In this document: positions 9,831 through 20,533 of the stretch, in pieces | Position numbering within the stretch: position 1 is the stretch's first letter | How the letters are laid out: each line of letters starts with the position of its first letter | Made by a program: the position numbers and the translations under genes | DNA from: Tannerella sp. | GTDB taxonomy: Bacteria; Bacteroidota; Bacteroidia; Bacteroidales; Tannerellaceae | Reading direction: 5' to 3' | NCBI GenBank assembly: GCA_031257565.1 | Contig: JAIROL010000172.1 | Location: forward strand, 1 to 62,434 | Length of the DNA: 62,434 bases | The notes under the pieces: generated by a model | Databases searched by the model: none | What the model was told of the DNA's origin: nothing | What the model saw: only the letters and a program-made list of their open reading frames with translations

Positions 9831-10811
9831 ATGACAAAGAAAGATTTGAAGATTGTTTTTATGGGGACGCCGGATTTTGCCGTCGAGAGTCTGCGCGCGC
9901 TTGTCGAGGGAGGATATAATATCGTTGGAGTGGTCGCTATGCCGGATAAGCCGATGGGACGCCACGGCAGTATACTCCAGCCGTCAGCCGTGAAGCAATA
10001 TGCCATATTGCAGAACTTGCCTGTTCTTCAGCCGGAAAAGCTGAAAGACGGAAGTTTTATTGAAGAGTTAGGCTCTTTGCAGGCCGACCTGCAGATCGTG
10101 GTCGCTTTTCGCATGTTGCCGGAGGCTGTCTGGAATATGCCCCGTTTCGGAACATTCAACCTTCATGCCTCTTTGCTTCCGCAATACCGGGGTGCGGCTC
10201 CGATTAACTGGGCTGTGATTAACGGAGAAAAAGAGACGGGCGCTACGACCTTTTTCCTTACGCATGAAATAGATACCGGCAGGATTATCCGTCAGGAGAA
10301 ATTGCCGATAGCGGAAACGGATGACGCCGGCGTCGTTCACGATGCATTGATGACGATGGGCGCGAGGCTTGTTATGGAAACAGTAGACCTGTTAATCGAA
10401 AAGGATGGGAATATAGAAACCTTGCCACAGGAAGCGCTTTATGAAAGTGTCGGAGATTTGCGTCCGGCGCCGAAAATTTTTAAAGAAACATGCCGTATTA
10501 ACTGGCGGCAATCTGTTACGGGCGCATATAATTTCATCCGCGGACTTTCTCCTTATCCGGCTGCATGGACGGAAATTATAAATCCCTGTGGGGAACAAAC
10601 TTCGCTCAAAATATTCCGGACCGAAAAACTGAATGAAAGTCACAACTTTGCACCCGGAACAATTCGGACTGATGGGAAAAATCAGATGGATGTCGCCACA
10701 GAAGATGGTTTTATACGAATACTGTCACTTCAGTTATCCGGGAAAAAACAGATGTCAATAAAAGATTTTCTTAACGGAACGAAAATCGGTGAAGAATGGA
10801 GAATGTATTAG
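9831..10811 (+). CDS. fmt: Methionyl-tRNA formyltransferase
   Basis: IVFMGTPDFA, NLHASLLPQYRGAAPI, IRGLSPYP; -7 box TATATTTG at 9800-9807. Confidence 0.96.
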   Translation: MTKKDLKIVFMGTPDFAVESLRALVEGGYNIVGVVAMPDKPMGRHGSILQPSAVKQYAILQNLPVLQPEKLKDGSFIEELGSLQADLQIVVAFRMLPEAVWNMPRFGTFNLHASLLPQYRGAAPINWAVINGEKETGATTFFLTHEIDTGRIIRQEKLPIAETDDAGVVHDALMTMGARLVMETVDLLIEKDGNIETLPQEALYESVGDLRPAPKIFKETCRINWRQSVTGAYNFIRGLSPYPAAWTEIINPCGEQTSLKIFRTEKLNESHNFAPGTIRTDGKNQMDVATEDGFIRILSLQLSGKKQMSIKDFLNGTKIGEEWRMY

Positions 10812-10866
10812 ATATTTTACTTATCGTATGCGGTCGGTTTATTTTTTTTTGTAAGATCCCTTGTAA

Positions 10867-13287
10867 TCAGTTGAAAAATTCGTCGAATCCGGTAGATTTT
10901 GTCTTTATGGATTCGTCCTCTTCTCTTTCTTCTTTATTTCTTGAATCGCATGGATTTTTGTATTCTTCGGGGATGTCAAATGTCTCTTTTTCCGAATAAT
11001 CAAGTTCGTTGTCGGCAAATACTTTCTTCATGAAAAGAGCGTATATCGGCAGGGCTACGCTTGCGCCTTGTCCTTCCATGGTATCAAAATGGATGGAGCG
11101 TTCTTCTCCTCCGACCCAGCATCCGGCCACCAGGCTTGGCGTAAAGCCCATATACCAGCCATCCGAATGATTTTGTGTTGTCCCTGTTTTACCGCCCATA
11201 GGCGCTTTCAGTCCGTAACTCCAGCGTAAACGACCGGCCGTACCTCCATCCACAACACTTTGTAGCATACTAAGCATTTTATAGGCGGCGTCTTCCGGCA
11301 AAACTTCGTTCATTTGCGGGATAAAGGTCGCAACGGTATTTCCGTATGCATCTTCAATATGGGTGACGTACATCGGCTCTATGCGAATGCCTTTGTTTGT
11401 AAAAACGGTATATGCGCTTACCATTTCCGAAACAGATATATCGGGAGTGCCGAGGCACATTGCGATCACCGGCTCAATATGCCCTTTGAATCCGTAGGAC
11501 CGTAATAATCGTTCCAACGCATAAGGTGAAAGGCGTTTCATCAGATAAGCCGTGATCCAGTTGGATGAGTTTTGTAGTCCCCATTGAAGCGTAACAATAT
11601 CGCCAATGTTTTTAGTTGTGGAATTTTGCGGAGTCCATAATTCCCCTTTTTCATCCAGCAGTTGTTGCTGTACATGGAGTGTCTTGTCGCACGGAGTGAA
11701 TCCTTCAATCATTGCCAATGAATAAACGAAAGGTTTCATCGTCGAGCCTACCTGGCGTCGTCCGGTAGTGACCATGTCGTATTGGAAATTTGCAAAATCG
11801 ATACCTCCTACATACGATTTTACGTGCCCTGTACGTGCATCCATAGCCATGAATGCCGTTCGCAGAAATGTTTTATAGTAACGTATGGAATCGAGAGGCG
11901 ACATAACGGTATCGATAATTCCTTTCCAACTGAAGACCGACATTTCCGTTTTTGTTTTGAAGGCGCGCGTAATCTCGTCTTCATCGGCTCCGGTTTCTTT
12001 CATCGTTTTGTAACGATGAGACTGATTAACTGCACGATTCAGAATTTGGTTTATATTTTTTTCTTTTTCTTCATTCGACATGGAATACGGGAAAGAGAAT
12101 GGAGTGTATTTCTTACCTTTTTTCTCTTTGGAAAAGGCCGGTTGCAGCGTCTTTCCGAGATGCTCTCGCACAGCGTCTTCCGCATATTGTTGCATGCGGG
12201 AATCTATCGTGGTGTATATTTTTAATCCGTCCGTGTAAATGTTATAAGGATTGCCGTTTGCTTTTACATTTTTATTACACCATCCATATATCGGATTCGT
12301 TTCCCATGCGATTGAATCTTCGACGAACTTTTGTTGTTGCCATGACGGATAACTACTCCGAACGGGCTTTGGCGCAATGAGCGTAAGGCGCAGGTATTCG
12401 CGAAAGTAGGGAGCTAATCCTTCTTTATGGTCAATGCGGGTGAATTTGAGTTCCAGCGGCAATTGGCATAATGAATCGCAGGCTGCTTTATCAAGATAGC
12501 CGTATTTGTTCATTTGCGCAAGTACCGTATTACGGCGTCCTTTGGCGCGTTCGCCGAATTTATAAGGGTTGTAATAGGAAGGATTTTTGCACATGCCGAT
12601 TAACGTAGCGGCTTCTTCTATCTTGAGATTTTTGGGCGTTGTGTTAAAGTATGCGTGTGAAGCTGATTGTATACCGACTGCATTGTAGAGGAAATCAAAT
12701 TTATTCAGATACATATTGATTATTTCCTCTTTCGTGTAGTATTTTTCAAGACGTATGGCTATCACCCACTCTATAGGCTTTTGGAGTATGCGCTCCGTTA
12801 TGCTTCCGGCTCTGGGTGAAAATAACTGCTTAGCCAACTGTTGCGTAATCGTACTGCCGCCACCGCCACTTTTTTGCATCAGCATTCCGCGTTTTATAAC
12901 GGCGCGCATGAGGCCTTTTACATCAATACCGCTATGTTTAACAAACCGGTTGTCTTCTGTCGCTATTAAAGCCTGTACAAGTTCGGGAGATAAATCGCCG
13001 TATTTCACAAATATACGATTATCTTTACCGTAAGAATAACTGCCAAGCATGACTCCGTCTTCGGAAATAATTTGCGATGCATAACGGTCAATCGGATTCT
13101 CTAATTGTTCGATGGGAGGCATATATCCTATGCGTCCTTTTGCAATAGCGATAAAAGTAATGGTAACCAGCAAGATCGCAAACAGGAAACATCCCCATAA
13201 AGCAATATTTATCCATTTACAGGCGTTGGGAGCGATTGTTTTGAAAAATCCTTTTTTACTTTTTTTGCGATTCTTATACTGTTCCAT
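10867..13287 (-). CDS. mrcA: Class A penicillin-binding protein 1A (transglycosylase/transpeptidase)
   Basis: N-terminal TM, ATEDNRF, GGSTITQQLAK, GSTMKP (SxxK), SSN, KTGT. Confidence 0.92.
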   Translation of the reverse strand: MEQYKNRKKSKKGFFKTIAPNACKWINIALWGCFLFAILLVTITFIAIAKGRIGYMPPIEQLENPIDRYASQIISEDGVMLGSYSYGKDNRIFVKYGDLSPELVQALIATEDNRFVKHSGIDVKGLMRAVIKRGMLMQKSGGGGSTITQQLAKQLFSPRAGSITERILQKPIEWVIAIRLEKYYTKEEIINMYLNKFDFLYNAVGIQSASHAYFNTTPKNLKIEEAATLIGMCKNPSYYNPYKFGERAKGRRNTVLAQMNKYGYLDKAACDSLCQLPLELKFTRIDHKEGLAPYFREYLRLTLIAPKPVRSSYPSWQQQKFVEDSIAWETNPIYGWCNKNVKANGNPYNIYTDGLKIYTTIDSRMQQYAEDAVREHLGKTLQPAFSKEKKGKKYTPFSFPYSMSNEEKEKNINQILNRAVNQSHRYKTMKETGADEDEITRAFKTKTEMSVFSWKGIIDTVMSPLDSIRYYKTFLRTAFMAMDARTGHVKSYVGGIDFANFQYDMVTTGRRQVGSTMKPFVYSLAMIEGFTPCDKTLHVQQQLLDEKGELWTPQNSTTKNIGDIVTLQWGLQNSSNWITAYLMKRLSPYALERLLRSYGFKGHIEPVIAMCLGTPDISVSEMVSAYTVFTNKGIRIEPMYVTHIEDAYGNTVATFIPQMNEVLPEDAAYKMLSMLQSVVDGGTAGRLRWSYGLKAPMGGKTGTTQNHSDGWYMGFTPSLVAGCWVGGEERSIHFDTMEGQGASVALPIYALFMKKVFADNELDYSEKETFDIPEEYKNPCDSRNKEEREEDESIKTKSTGFDEFFN

Positions 13288-14110
13288 ATTTTACAATATC
13301 TGTACTTTCTTCATCTTCTTTGGGCGCTTTTTTTACGAAAAATGCACTTAGTTCATATAGACCGTATAATGGGAAAAATACGCATCCCAACGTGAAAGGA
13401 TCGCTACTTGGCGTAATAAATGCCGCCGCTACCAATAAACCTACAATGGCGTGGCGACGGTACTTATTGAAAAATGCGCGGTTTAATAATCCTAATTTAG
13501 ATAACAACCATGACAACAAAGGCATTTCAAAAACAATGCCCATGACAAAAATAAGCATGAAAAAGTTATCCATATAGGACTCCAGCGATACCTGTTCCGT
13601 TATGGCTTCACTTAGCTGGTATGTGGCAAGAAATCGCAAAGTCATGGGAAAAACGAGAAAATAACCTGCAGCGCATCCGATAAAAAACATGATTGTACCG
13701 AAAAAGAATACCCAGCGTACATCTTTTTTTTCATGTTCATATAATGCCGGACTAATGAATTTCCATACTTCATACATGAGATAAGGAAATGTCAGAAGCA
13801 ATGCCAGCCAGAATGAGGCGCTCATGTGCGTGAAAAACTGCGATGCAAGCTTTATGTTGAATATATGCACATTATATTTATCATCGCAGAAATCAGGAAA
13901 GAACGGAACGGCGCTTGTTACCTTACAAAGCATACGATATAAAATAAAATCAGACCAGCAAGGCGCCAGTATCACTTTATCGAATAAATAGCGCATACAT
14001 GAAAATCCCCCTATGGCGAACGCCATAAGCGCAATTATACAACGAAGCAGAGTCCATCGTAACGCTTCCAGATGGTCCCAAAAGGACATTTCCTCTTGTT
14101 CTTTCGACAT
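13274..14110 (-). CDS. tatC: Twin-arginine translocase subunit TatC
   Basis: MSFWDHLEALR, FISPALY, FEMP, AAFITP.DP. Confidence 0.95.
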   Translation of the reverse strand: MSKEQEEMSFWDHLEALRWTLLRCIIALMAFAIGGFSCMRYLFDKVILAPCWSDFILYRMLCKVTSAVPFFPDFCDDKYNVHIFNIKLASQFFTHMSASFWLALLLTFPYLMYEVWKFISPALYEHEKKDVRWVFFFGTIMFFIGCAAGYFLVFPMTLRFLATYQLSEAITEQVSLESYMDNFFMLIFVMGIVFEMPLLSWLLSKLGLLNRAFFNKYRRHAIVGLLVAAAFITPSSDPFTLGCVFFPLYGLYELSAFFVKKAPKEDEESTDIVKYGTV

Positions 14111-14117
14111 GTTTGCC

Positions 14118-14327
14118 TTACTTACCCGGATTGTTGTTCGTGGTTGTATCTTCTGCTTTTATATCATCTTCGATGCCTTTTACGCCTTCCTTGAAGTTCT
14201 TGATTCCTTTACCAAGACCTTTCATCAATTCAGGTATTTTCTTTCCTCCGAAAAGTAATAAAACGATGATAGCGACAATAATAATTTCCGTTGTGCCCAA
14301 ATTACCTATTAATAATAAATGATTCAT
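14118..14327 (-). CDS. tatA: Twin-arginine translocase subunit TatA
   Basis: [24 protein letters not shown]; upstream of tatC; minus-strand -7 box TATCTTTG at 14372-14379. Confidence 0.95.
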   Translation of the reverse strand: MNHLLLIGNLGTTEIIIVAIIVLLLFGGKKIPELMKGLGKGIKNFKEGVKGIEDDIKAEDTTTNNNPGK

Positions 14328-14447
14328 AGTTAATCCTCCTTATGTTTTTCTTATAGTGATCATTAATGGCGCAAAGATACAACTATAAATCGATATAACC
14401 GCTCTTTTTAATATTTTTATTGTTTTGAAGCATAAACCGGACAGCTC

Positions 14448-14605
14448 ATGGATATTAACGCGAAGGAAACATGAATTGCCTTTGGCAATCACGCAATACT
14501 TTTTAAAATTATCAATCAAGCGTAAACTCGCCATGTTCATCAATCTCTGCCGCAAGCCGTTTTTTTAACGTTTCGCTAAAAGACCGTTGGTTCCTGTTCG
14601 TTTCA
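14448..14605 (-). repeat. Diverged, longer minus-strand copy of the 94-bp repeat family (one 29-bp module plus an internal insertion)
   Basis: Reverse complement reads TGAAACGAACAGGAACCAACGGTCTTTTAGCGAAACGTTAAAAAAACGGCTTGCGGCAGAGATTGATGAACATGGCGAGTT...CATGTTTCCTT...GTTAA. Confidence 0.8.
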
Positions 14606-14657
14606 GGGCATACCATTTGCATCCCTACGCCAATAAACAATTTTTAACATATAAAAT

Positions 14658-14688
14658 TTTGCTATATTTTGTAATCATTGTAAATTTG
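14658..14688 (+). promoter_or_regulatory. Bacteroidetes primary sigma promoter of ahpC
   Basis: TTTG (14658-14661), 19-nt spacer, TAAATTTG (14681-14688); matches the TTTG-N19-21-TAnnTTTG consensus. Confidence 0.75.
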
Positions 14689-14737
14689 CATCGAGTTCAA
14701 TAAATAATTATTTTAACAAAGATTTAAATTAAAAATT

Positions 14738-15304
14738 ATGACGCCAATTATTAATTCTTACATTCCTGAGTTTAAAGTAAACGCTTACTATCAGGGCGAG
14801 TTTAAAACGGTAACAGACAAAGATGTGAAAGGAAAATGGGGTATTTTCTTTTTTTATCCTGCAGATTTTACATTTGTATGTCCTACAGAACTGGAGGATA
14901 TGGCAGATAATTATGCTAAATTCAAGGATTTGGGCATTGAAGTCTATTCTGTGAGTACGGATACTCATTTTGTGCATAAAGCATGGCATGATGCATCGGA
15001 AAGCATAAAAAAAATTCAATATCCGATGCTGGCCGATCCCACGGGCATATTGACAAGAGCATTAGGAGTTCATATTGAGGAAGAAGGGCTTGCGTACAGA
15101 GGTACTTTTGTTTTTAATCCTGAAGGACAGATAAAGATATGTGAAATACATGATAACGGTATCGGGCGTAATGCATCCGAATTACTCCGAAAGGTAGAGG
15201 CTGCTCTATTTGTTGCCGAACATCCGAATGAAGTTTGTCCGGCTAAGTGGAAAAAAGGAGACAAAACTTTAAAACCCGGTATAGACCTGGTTGGAAAAAT
15301 TTAA
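14738..15304 (+). CDS. ahpC: Alkyl hydroperoxide reductase subunit C (peroxiredoxin)
   Basis: FFYPADFTFVCPTEL, EVCPAKW, LVGKI C-terminus. Confidence 0.97.
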   Translation: MTPIINSYIPEFKVNAYYQGEFKTVTDKDVKGKWGIFFFYPADFTFVCPTELEDMADNYAKFKDLGIEVYSVSTDTHFVHKAWHDASESIKKIQYPMLADPTGILTRALGVHIEEEGLAYRGTFVFNPEGQIKICEIHDNGIGRNASELLRKVEAALFVAEHPNEVCPAKWKKGDKTLKPGIDLVGKI

Positions 15305-15328
15305 ATAAGCTGTTACGTCTATATTATT

Positions 15329-15366
15329 AAAAGGGTTGTCTGAAAAAAACGGGACAACCCTTTTTT
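15329..15366 (+). terminator. Intrinsic terminator-like hairpin between ahpC and ahpF
   Basis: AAAAGGGTTGTC...GACAACCCTTTTTT. Confidence 0.7.
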
Positions 15367-15458
15367 GATAGCAAGCCCGAATGTATCCGGAAAATAGATG
15401 AAGGCTTAATTTAATAGGGTTCATATTCAAACATTCATTTTAAAAAAACAATACGATT

Positions 15459-17015
15459 ATGTTAGATTCAGCATTGAAAGAACAGGTAAGATCTATTTTT
15501 GCAGATTTATCTTCCTCTTATCTACTTGATATATATGTGGCGGACGAACATGAAAGCCGCAATGAACTGACTGAGTTATTGGAAGATATGGCTTCCTGCT
15601 CGGAGAATATTCAGATTCGTTTAAATAAAGGACCGGGGTTGGAGTTCTACCTGTTGAAAGACAAACAAAACACGGGGATAAAATTCAGAATGGTTCCTAA
15701 TGGGCACGAATTTTCGACCCTTCTTCTGGCAATTTTAAATTGTGATGGAAAAGGGAAAAATTTTCCTGACGAATTTATTCAAAATCGGGTGAAATCTTTG
15801 AAAGGTGAGATCAGATTGTCGACCTATGTTTCTCTTACATGCACCAATTGTCCGGATGTAGCTCAGGCATTTAATTTGATGGCGATAATAAATCCGGGTA
15901 TAAAACATGAAACGGTTGATGGCGCTATCCATCAGAAGGAGGTTGAGGATCTTGGTATTCAGGGTGTTCCGGCTGCGTTTGCCGATGGCGAATTGATCCA
16001 TTCGGGCAAAGCCGGTTTTGGCGAATTGCTGGACAAGCTGGAAGCAAAGTACGGTAACGAAGAACCTGTTATCATGGCTTCTAACGATAAAGAATATGAT
16101 GTTCTGATTATCGGAGGAGGGCCGGCCGGCGCTTCGGCAGCTATTTATTCTGCGCGTAAGGGATTGAAAGTCGCCGTCCTTGCGGAGCGTATCGGCGGAC
16201 AGGTAAAAGAAACTGTCGGAATTGAAAATGTTATTTCCGTCATTGCTACTACAGGAGAAAAACTTGCGGCGGATTTAAAAGCGCATATGCTTGATTATCC
16301 TGTTGAGATATTTGAAAACCGTACGGTAGAAAAAGTGGAACTGGACGGGAACCGGAAAATTATTCATGTAAGGGGCGGCGAAAAATATAGTACTTCCGCA
16401 TTGATTATCGCTACTGGGGCAAAATGGCGAAGACTGAATGTTGAAGGGGAGTCGCGGTATATCGGAAGAGGGGTTGCGTTCTGCCCGCATTGCGACGGAC
16501 CTTTTTATAAAGGAAAGCATGTTGCGGTTGTCGGAGGAGGAAACTCAGGTATAGAAGCCGCGATCGACCTTGCAGGAATATGTTCGAAAGTAACTGTCTT
16601 TGAGTTTCTGGAAGATCTGAAAGCCGACAGCGTATTACAGGAGAAATTAAAAAGTCTGCCGAACACTGAAATTTTTACGAACTCACAGACTACGGAACTG
16701 GTCGGCGACGGGGAAAAAATCACAGGCATAAAGGTGAAAAACCGTCAGTCAGGAGAAGAAAAAACAATGGCTTTAGATGGGATTTTTGTTCAGATCGGTT
16801 TGACGGCAAGTAGCTCCGTGTTTAAAGATATTATCAAGACGAATGCGATCGGTGAAATCGAAATAGACGCATCCTGCAGAACGAACATTCCGGGAGTATA
16901 TGCTGCAGGCGATGTTACAACAGTTCCTTATAAGCAGATCATTATATCCATGGGGGAAGGGGCGAAAGCTGCGCTTGCGGCATTTGACGACCGTATGCGC
17001 GGATTACTAGATTAA
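15459..17015 (+). CDS. ahpF: Alkyl hydroperoxide reductase subunit F
   Basis: GHEFSTL, CTNCPD, GGGPAG, FCPHCDGP, GGGNSG, PYKQI. Confidence 0.96.
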   Translation: MLDSALKEQVRSIFADLSSSYLLDIYVADEHESRNELTELLEDMASCSENIQIRLNKGPGLEFYLLKDKQNTGIKFRMVPNGHEFSTLLLAILNCDGKGKNFPDEFIQNRVKSLKGEIRLSTYVSLTCTNCPDVAQAFNLMAIINPGIKHETVDGAIHQKEVEDLGIQGVPAAFADGELIHSGKAGFGELLDKLEAKYGNEEPVIMASNDKEYDVLIIGGGPAGASAAIYSARKGLKVAVLAERIGGQVKETVGIENVISVIATTGEKLAADLKAHMLDYPVEIFENRTVEKVELDGNRKIIHVRGGEKYSTSALIIATGAKWRRLNVEGESRYIGRGVAFCPHCDGPFYKGKHVAVVGGGNSGIEAAIDLAGICSKVTVFEFLEDLKADSVLQEKLKSLPNTEIFTNSQTTELVGDGEKITGIKVKNRQSGEEKTMALDGIFVQIGLTASSSVFKDIIKTNAIGEIEIDASCRTNIPGVYAAGDVTTVPYKQIIISMGEGAKAALAAFDDRMRGLLD

Positions 17016-17240
17016 TATTGCTTCCGGATAATAGATTCATGTCCGGCTTACACATCTTGATTCGTTTAGATTGAATGTCGGCAATGCCTTGCAACAATCC
17101 TCGGAATCGGAAATAATTTCTGAAATTTGTCTGCTCTGTCATGCGAAACAAATATCGAAACAAAAATATTTTTTGTTTTGTATTTCGCCCGACTTACATT
17201 ACATTTGCAAATTCAAAAATCAATATTAAAAGTTGTAAGT

Positions 17241-18140
17241 ATGAAAGTTTTTGTATATCCGGGTCAGGGCGCCCAGTTTGTATGTATGGGAAAGTCAATG
17301 TATGACGAGAATTCGCGTGCAAGAGAATTGTTCGAGGAAGCGAATGAGATTCTTGGCTTTCGTATAACGGATATCATGTTTTCAGGCACGGACGACGAGC
17401 TGAAACAAACAAAAGTGACGCAACCTGCTATTTTTCTACATTCCGTTATTCTTTCAAAGATATGGGGAAAATTGTTTACTCCGGGAATGATGGCCGGACA
17501 TTCGTTGGGCGAATTTTCAGCCCTTACGGCTTCCAATGCGCTTTCGTTTGAAGACGGGCTTACTCTTGTATCAAAACGCGCGTATGCAATGCAGAAAGCG
17601 TGCGAACTGCAACCTTCTACCATGGCGGCGATTATCGGTCTTCCGGATGAAACGGTTGAGAAAGTCTGTACGGAGATAACGGATGAAATTGTCGTTTGTG
17701 CAAACTATAACTGTCCGGGACAGATTGCTATATCGGGAACAGAGACCGGGATTGATAGAGCATGTGAAATGTTGACGGCGGCAGGCGCAAAACGCGCTTT
17801 GAAATTAAAAGTAGGAGGCGCATTCCATTCTCCTTTGATGGAGCCTGCGCGTACAGAACTTGCCGAGGCAATTAATGCAGCCATATTCAATAAACCTGTT
17901 TGTCCGATATATCAGAACTATACGGCGCTTCCTTCAACAGATGCGGCAGAAATTAAAGAAAACCTGATCGCCCAGCTTACCGCACCGGTAAAATGGACGC
18001 AGACTATTCGAAATATGGTTGCCGATGGCGCCGATCATTTTGTAGAATTAGGGCCAGGTAAAGTTCTGCAGGGTCTTATTCTGAAAGTCGATAATTCGGT
18101 TACGGCGGAAAGCTATCAGGATAAGATAACTACGGATTAA
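17241..18140 (+). CDS. fabD: Malonyl CoA-ACP transacylase
   Basis: PGQGAQ, TQPAIF, GHSLGEF, GAFHSPLM, ELGPGKVL. Confidence 0.96.
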   Translation: MKVFVYPGQGAQFVCMGKSMYDENSRARELFEEANEILGFRITDIMFSGTDDELKQTKVTQPAIFLHSVILSKIWGKLFTPGMMAGHSLGEFSALTASNALSFEDGLTLVSKRAYAMQKACELQPSTMAAIIGLPDETVEKVCTEITDEIVVCANYNCPGQIAISGTETGIDRACEMLTAAGAKRALKLKVGGAFHSPLMEPARTELAEAINAAIFNKPVCPIYQNYTALPSTDAAEIKENLIAQLTAPVKWTQTIRNMVADGADHFVELGPGKVLQGLILKVDNSVTAESYQDKITTD

Positions 18141-18161
18141 TGTTTTATCTTGGTTATTTCT

Positions 18162-18725
18162 ATGGTAGCAGATAATCTGATATATGATAAGAACACGTTG
18201 GAATTTGTCGCCGTCACGCTCGAATTTTGTGCATTGATGGAGACAACTTCCGAGCATACCTTGTTTTCTTTTACAGATAAAGCCGTAAAAATACTTCCGC
18301 TATTGTATCTTAAAGCTACGTTATTGCCGGTTCGGGAAGAACGGGACGAAGAGTATGAGATGGAGCATTTCATTACTGAAAATACGTATGAAGTAATACG
18401 TCGTCGTCTTGCGGAGTTGCTTGGCGAATATGATTCCTATCTTGAAACCTTTCATCCTGATATGAAATACAGCGATACTCCTATTGCCGTTACAATTTCA
18501 GAGAATCTGGCTGATGTGTATCAGGATTTAGGCGATTTCGCAGCTCTTTTCCGTCAGGAAAATGAGGAAGTGATGGAGCAGGCTTTATCTATTTGTGAAG
18601 AAAACTTCCGGTTTTATTGGGGACAAAAACTTCTTAACGCATTGAAAGCTCTTCATGTGGCGCGGTTTAACGAAGACCTGTCTTCGGATAATGATGAATA
18701 TGTAACGGAAGAGAATACGAAATGA
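18162..18725 (+). CDS. DUF5063-like conserved Bacteroidales protein
   Basis: KNTLEFVAV..EFC, LPLLYLKA, ISENLADVYQDL, YWGQKLLNAL recalled as DUF5063. Confidence 0.75.
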   Translation: MVADNLIYDKNTLEFVAVTLEFCALMETTSEHTLFSFTDKAVKILPLLYLKATLLPVREERDEEYEMEHFITENTYEVIRRRLAELLGEYDSYLETFHPDMKYSDTPIAVTISENLADVYQDLGDFAALFRQENEEVMEQALSICEENFRFYWGQKLLNALKALHVARFNEDLSSDNDEYVTEENTK

Positions 18726-19303
18726 ATTTTACTCATGCTATAACAAAAGATGTAATATCGCAGATGCCACGGGAAATATTTCCGGGAGATATCGTTGTTG
18801 TGGATACGGAAAAAGGGGTGGAGGAAGCGCTCCTGTATTTGTCCTCGTCTACTGAGGTCGGATTTGATACTGAAACACGGCCGAGTTTTTCAAAAAAAAC
18901 TCATTATAAAATGTCGCTTATGCAACTTTCGAGCGATAACACATGTTTCCTTATCAGGTTGAATAAGTTTAAGAAAATGCCGGTCTCGCTGGAATTGTTC
19001 CTCAAAAATGAAGCGATCAAAAAAATAGGTCTTTCATTGCGGGATGATTTTCATGGATTGAACAGCCTGACTAAAATATCTCCCGGCAATTTTATCGATT
19101 TGCAGCAATATATTGTGCAGTTCGGTATCGAGGAGATGAGCCTTCAGAAAATTTATGCGATACTTTTCGGTAAAAAGATATCCAAACGCGAGCGTTTAAG
19201 TAACTGGGAAGCTAAAGTCCTGACAGAATCGCAACAACGGTATGCCGCTCTTGATGCATGGTCCTGTCTTCGTATATATCAATTTTTGGAACGCTCAAAA
19301 TGA
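18722..19303 (+). CDS. 3'-5' exonuclease (DnaQ/WRN-like)
   Basis: VGFDTETRP ExoI motif, LSNWE, YAALDA. Confidence 0.9.
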   Translation: MNFTHAITKDVISQMPREIFPGDIVVVDTEKGVEEALLYLSSSTEVGFDTETRPSFSKKTHYKMSLMQLSSDNTCFLIRLNKFKKMPVSLELFLKNEAIKKIGLSLRDDFHGLNSLTKISPGNFIDLQQYIVQFGIEEMSLQKIYAILFGKKISKRERLSNWEAKVLTESQQRYAALDAWSCLRIYQFLERSK

Positions 19304-20520
19304 ATCTTTGTAAAATCTATCTGAAACCAAAAAAGGAAGAATCTCTTCTGCGCTTTCATCCCTGGGTGTTTTCCGGCGCTGTTGCTTCTGTAGAAGGAAA
19401 ACCTGCGGAAGGCGATATTGTTGAGGTCTATAGCGCGAATAATCATTTTCTGGGCACAGGTCATTATCAGATCGGTAGTATTATTGTACGTATATTATCG
19501 TTTATTCCGGCCGGAATCGACGTCGCTTTCTGGGCGGAACGTATACGTCGGGCTTACGAATTGCGCCGCTCTATCGGCCTTATTACGAAAGAGGCGAGCG
19601 ATCCTCAGCTGTTCGGCCTTTCGGTAAATGATACATACAGGTTGATACATGGAGAAGGCGATTGTTTACCGGGACTTATTATTGACGTATATGCTTATAC
19701 GGCTGTTATTCAAGCTCATTCCGCAGGTATGCATTATGCGCGCAAGGATATTGCAAAAGCGTTATGCGAGGTATTGGGAAGTAATTTACGCCGTATTTAT
19801 TATAAATCCGAAGGAACCCTTCCGTTTAAGGCTAATCTTGGCGAAGAAAACGAATATCTTTATGGGAGTGATAATAAAGAACCATCTATTGCTATCGAGA
19901 ATGGTAATAAATTTTATATAGACTGGCAAAAGGGGCAAAAAACCGGCTTTTTTATTGATCAGCGGGATAACAGAACCCTGCTTCGGCATTATGCAAAAGA
20001 CCGTGCAGTCCTGAATATGTTTTGTTATACGGGAGGATTTTCCGTTTATGCATTGCGCGGAGGAGCGTCTCTTGTTCATTCGGTAGACAGTTCTGCCAAA
20101 GCGATTGCGTTGACGAACGAAAATGTAGCGCTGAATTTTCCGGAAGACGCGCGTCATCAGGCATTTGCTGAAGACGCCTTTAAATTTATGGAAAATATTG
20201 ATAATAAATATGATCTGATCATACTGGATCCTCCTGCTTTCGCAAAACGCCGGGATGTATTGCGAAACGCATTGCAGGGTTACCGTAAACTTAATGCGAT
20301 TGCATTTAAAAAAATAAAACCGGGGGGTCTTATTTTTACTTTTTCCTGCTCGCAGATTGTTAGTAAAAATGACTTCCGGTTGGCTGTTTTCAGCGCCGCT
20401 GCACAGTCGGGGCGCACGGTCCGTATACTTTGCCAGCTGACGCAACCGGCAGATCATCCGATCAATATTTATCATCCCGAAGGCGAATATCTGAAAGGCC
20501 TTGCGCTTCAGGTAGAATAA
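19300..20520 (+). CDS. rlmI: RlmI-type 23S rRNA m5C methyltransferase (PUA + SAM domains)
   Basis: HPWVFSGA, GEGD.LPGL, GQKTGFFIDQR, FCYTGGF, LDPPAF, FSCS, YLKG. Confidence 0.88.
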   Translation: MNLCKIYLKPKKEESLLRFHPWVFSGAVASVEGKPAEGDIVEVYSANNHFLGTGHYQIGSIIVRILSFIPAGIDVAFWAERIRRAYELRRSIGLITKEASDPQLFGLSVNDTYRLIHGEGDCLPGLIIDVYAYTAVIQAHSAGMHYARKDIAKALCEVLGSNLRRIYYKSEGTLPFKANLGEENEYLYGSDNKEPSIAIENGNKFYIDWQKGQKTGFFIDQRDNRTLLRHYAKDRAVLNMFCYTGGFSVYALRGGASLVHSVDSSAKAIALTNENVALNFPEDARHQAFAEDAFKFMENIDNKYDLIILDPPAFAKRRDVLRNALQGYRKLNAIAFKKIKPGGLIFTFSCSQIVSKNDFRLAVFSAAAQSGRTVRILCQLTQPADHPINIYHPEGEYLKGLALQVE

Positions 20521-20533
20521 AAAAAATAAAATT

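Noticed and set aside
14340-14555. 71-aa ORF upstream of tatA
   Set aside because: It lies over the repeat copy and the tatA promoter and has no recognisable protein features.
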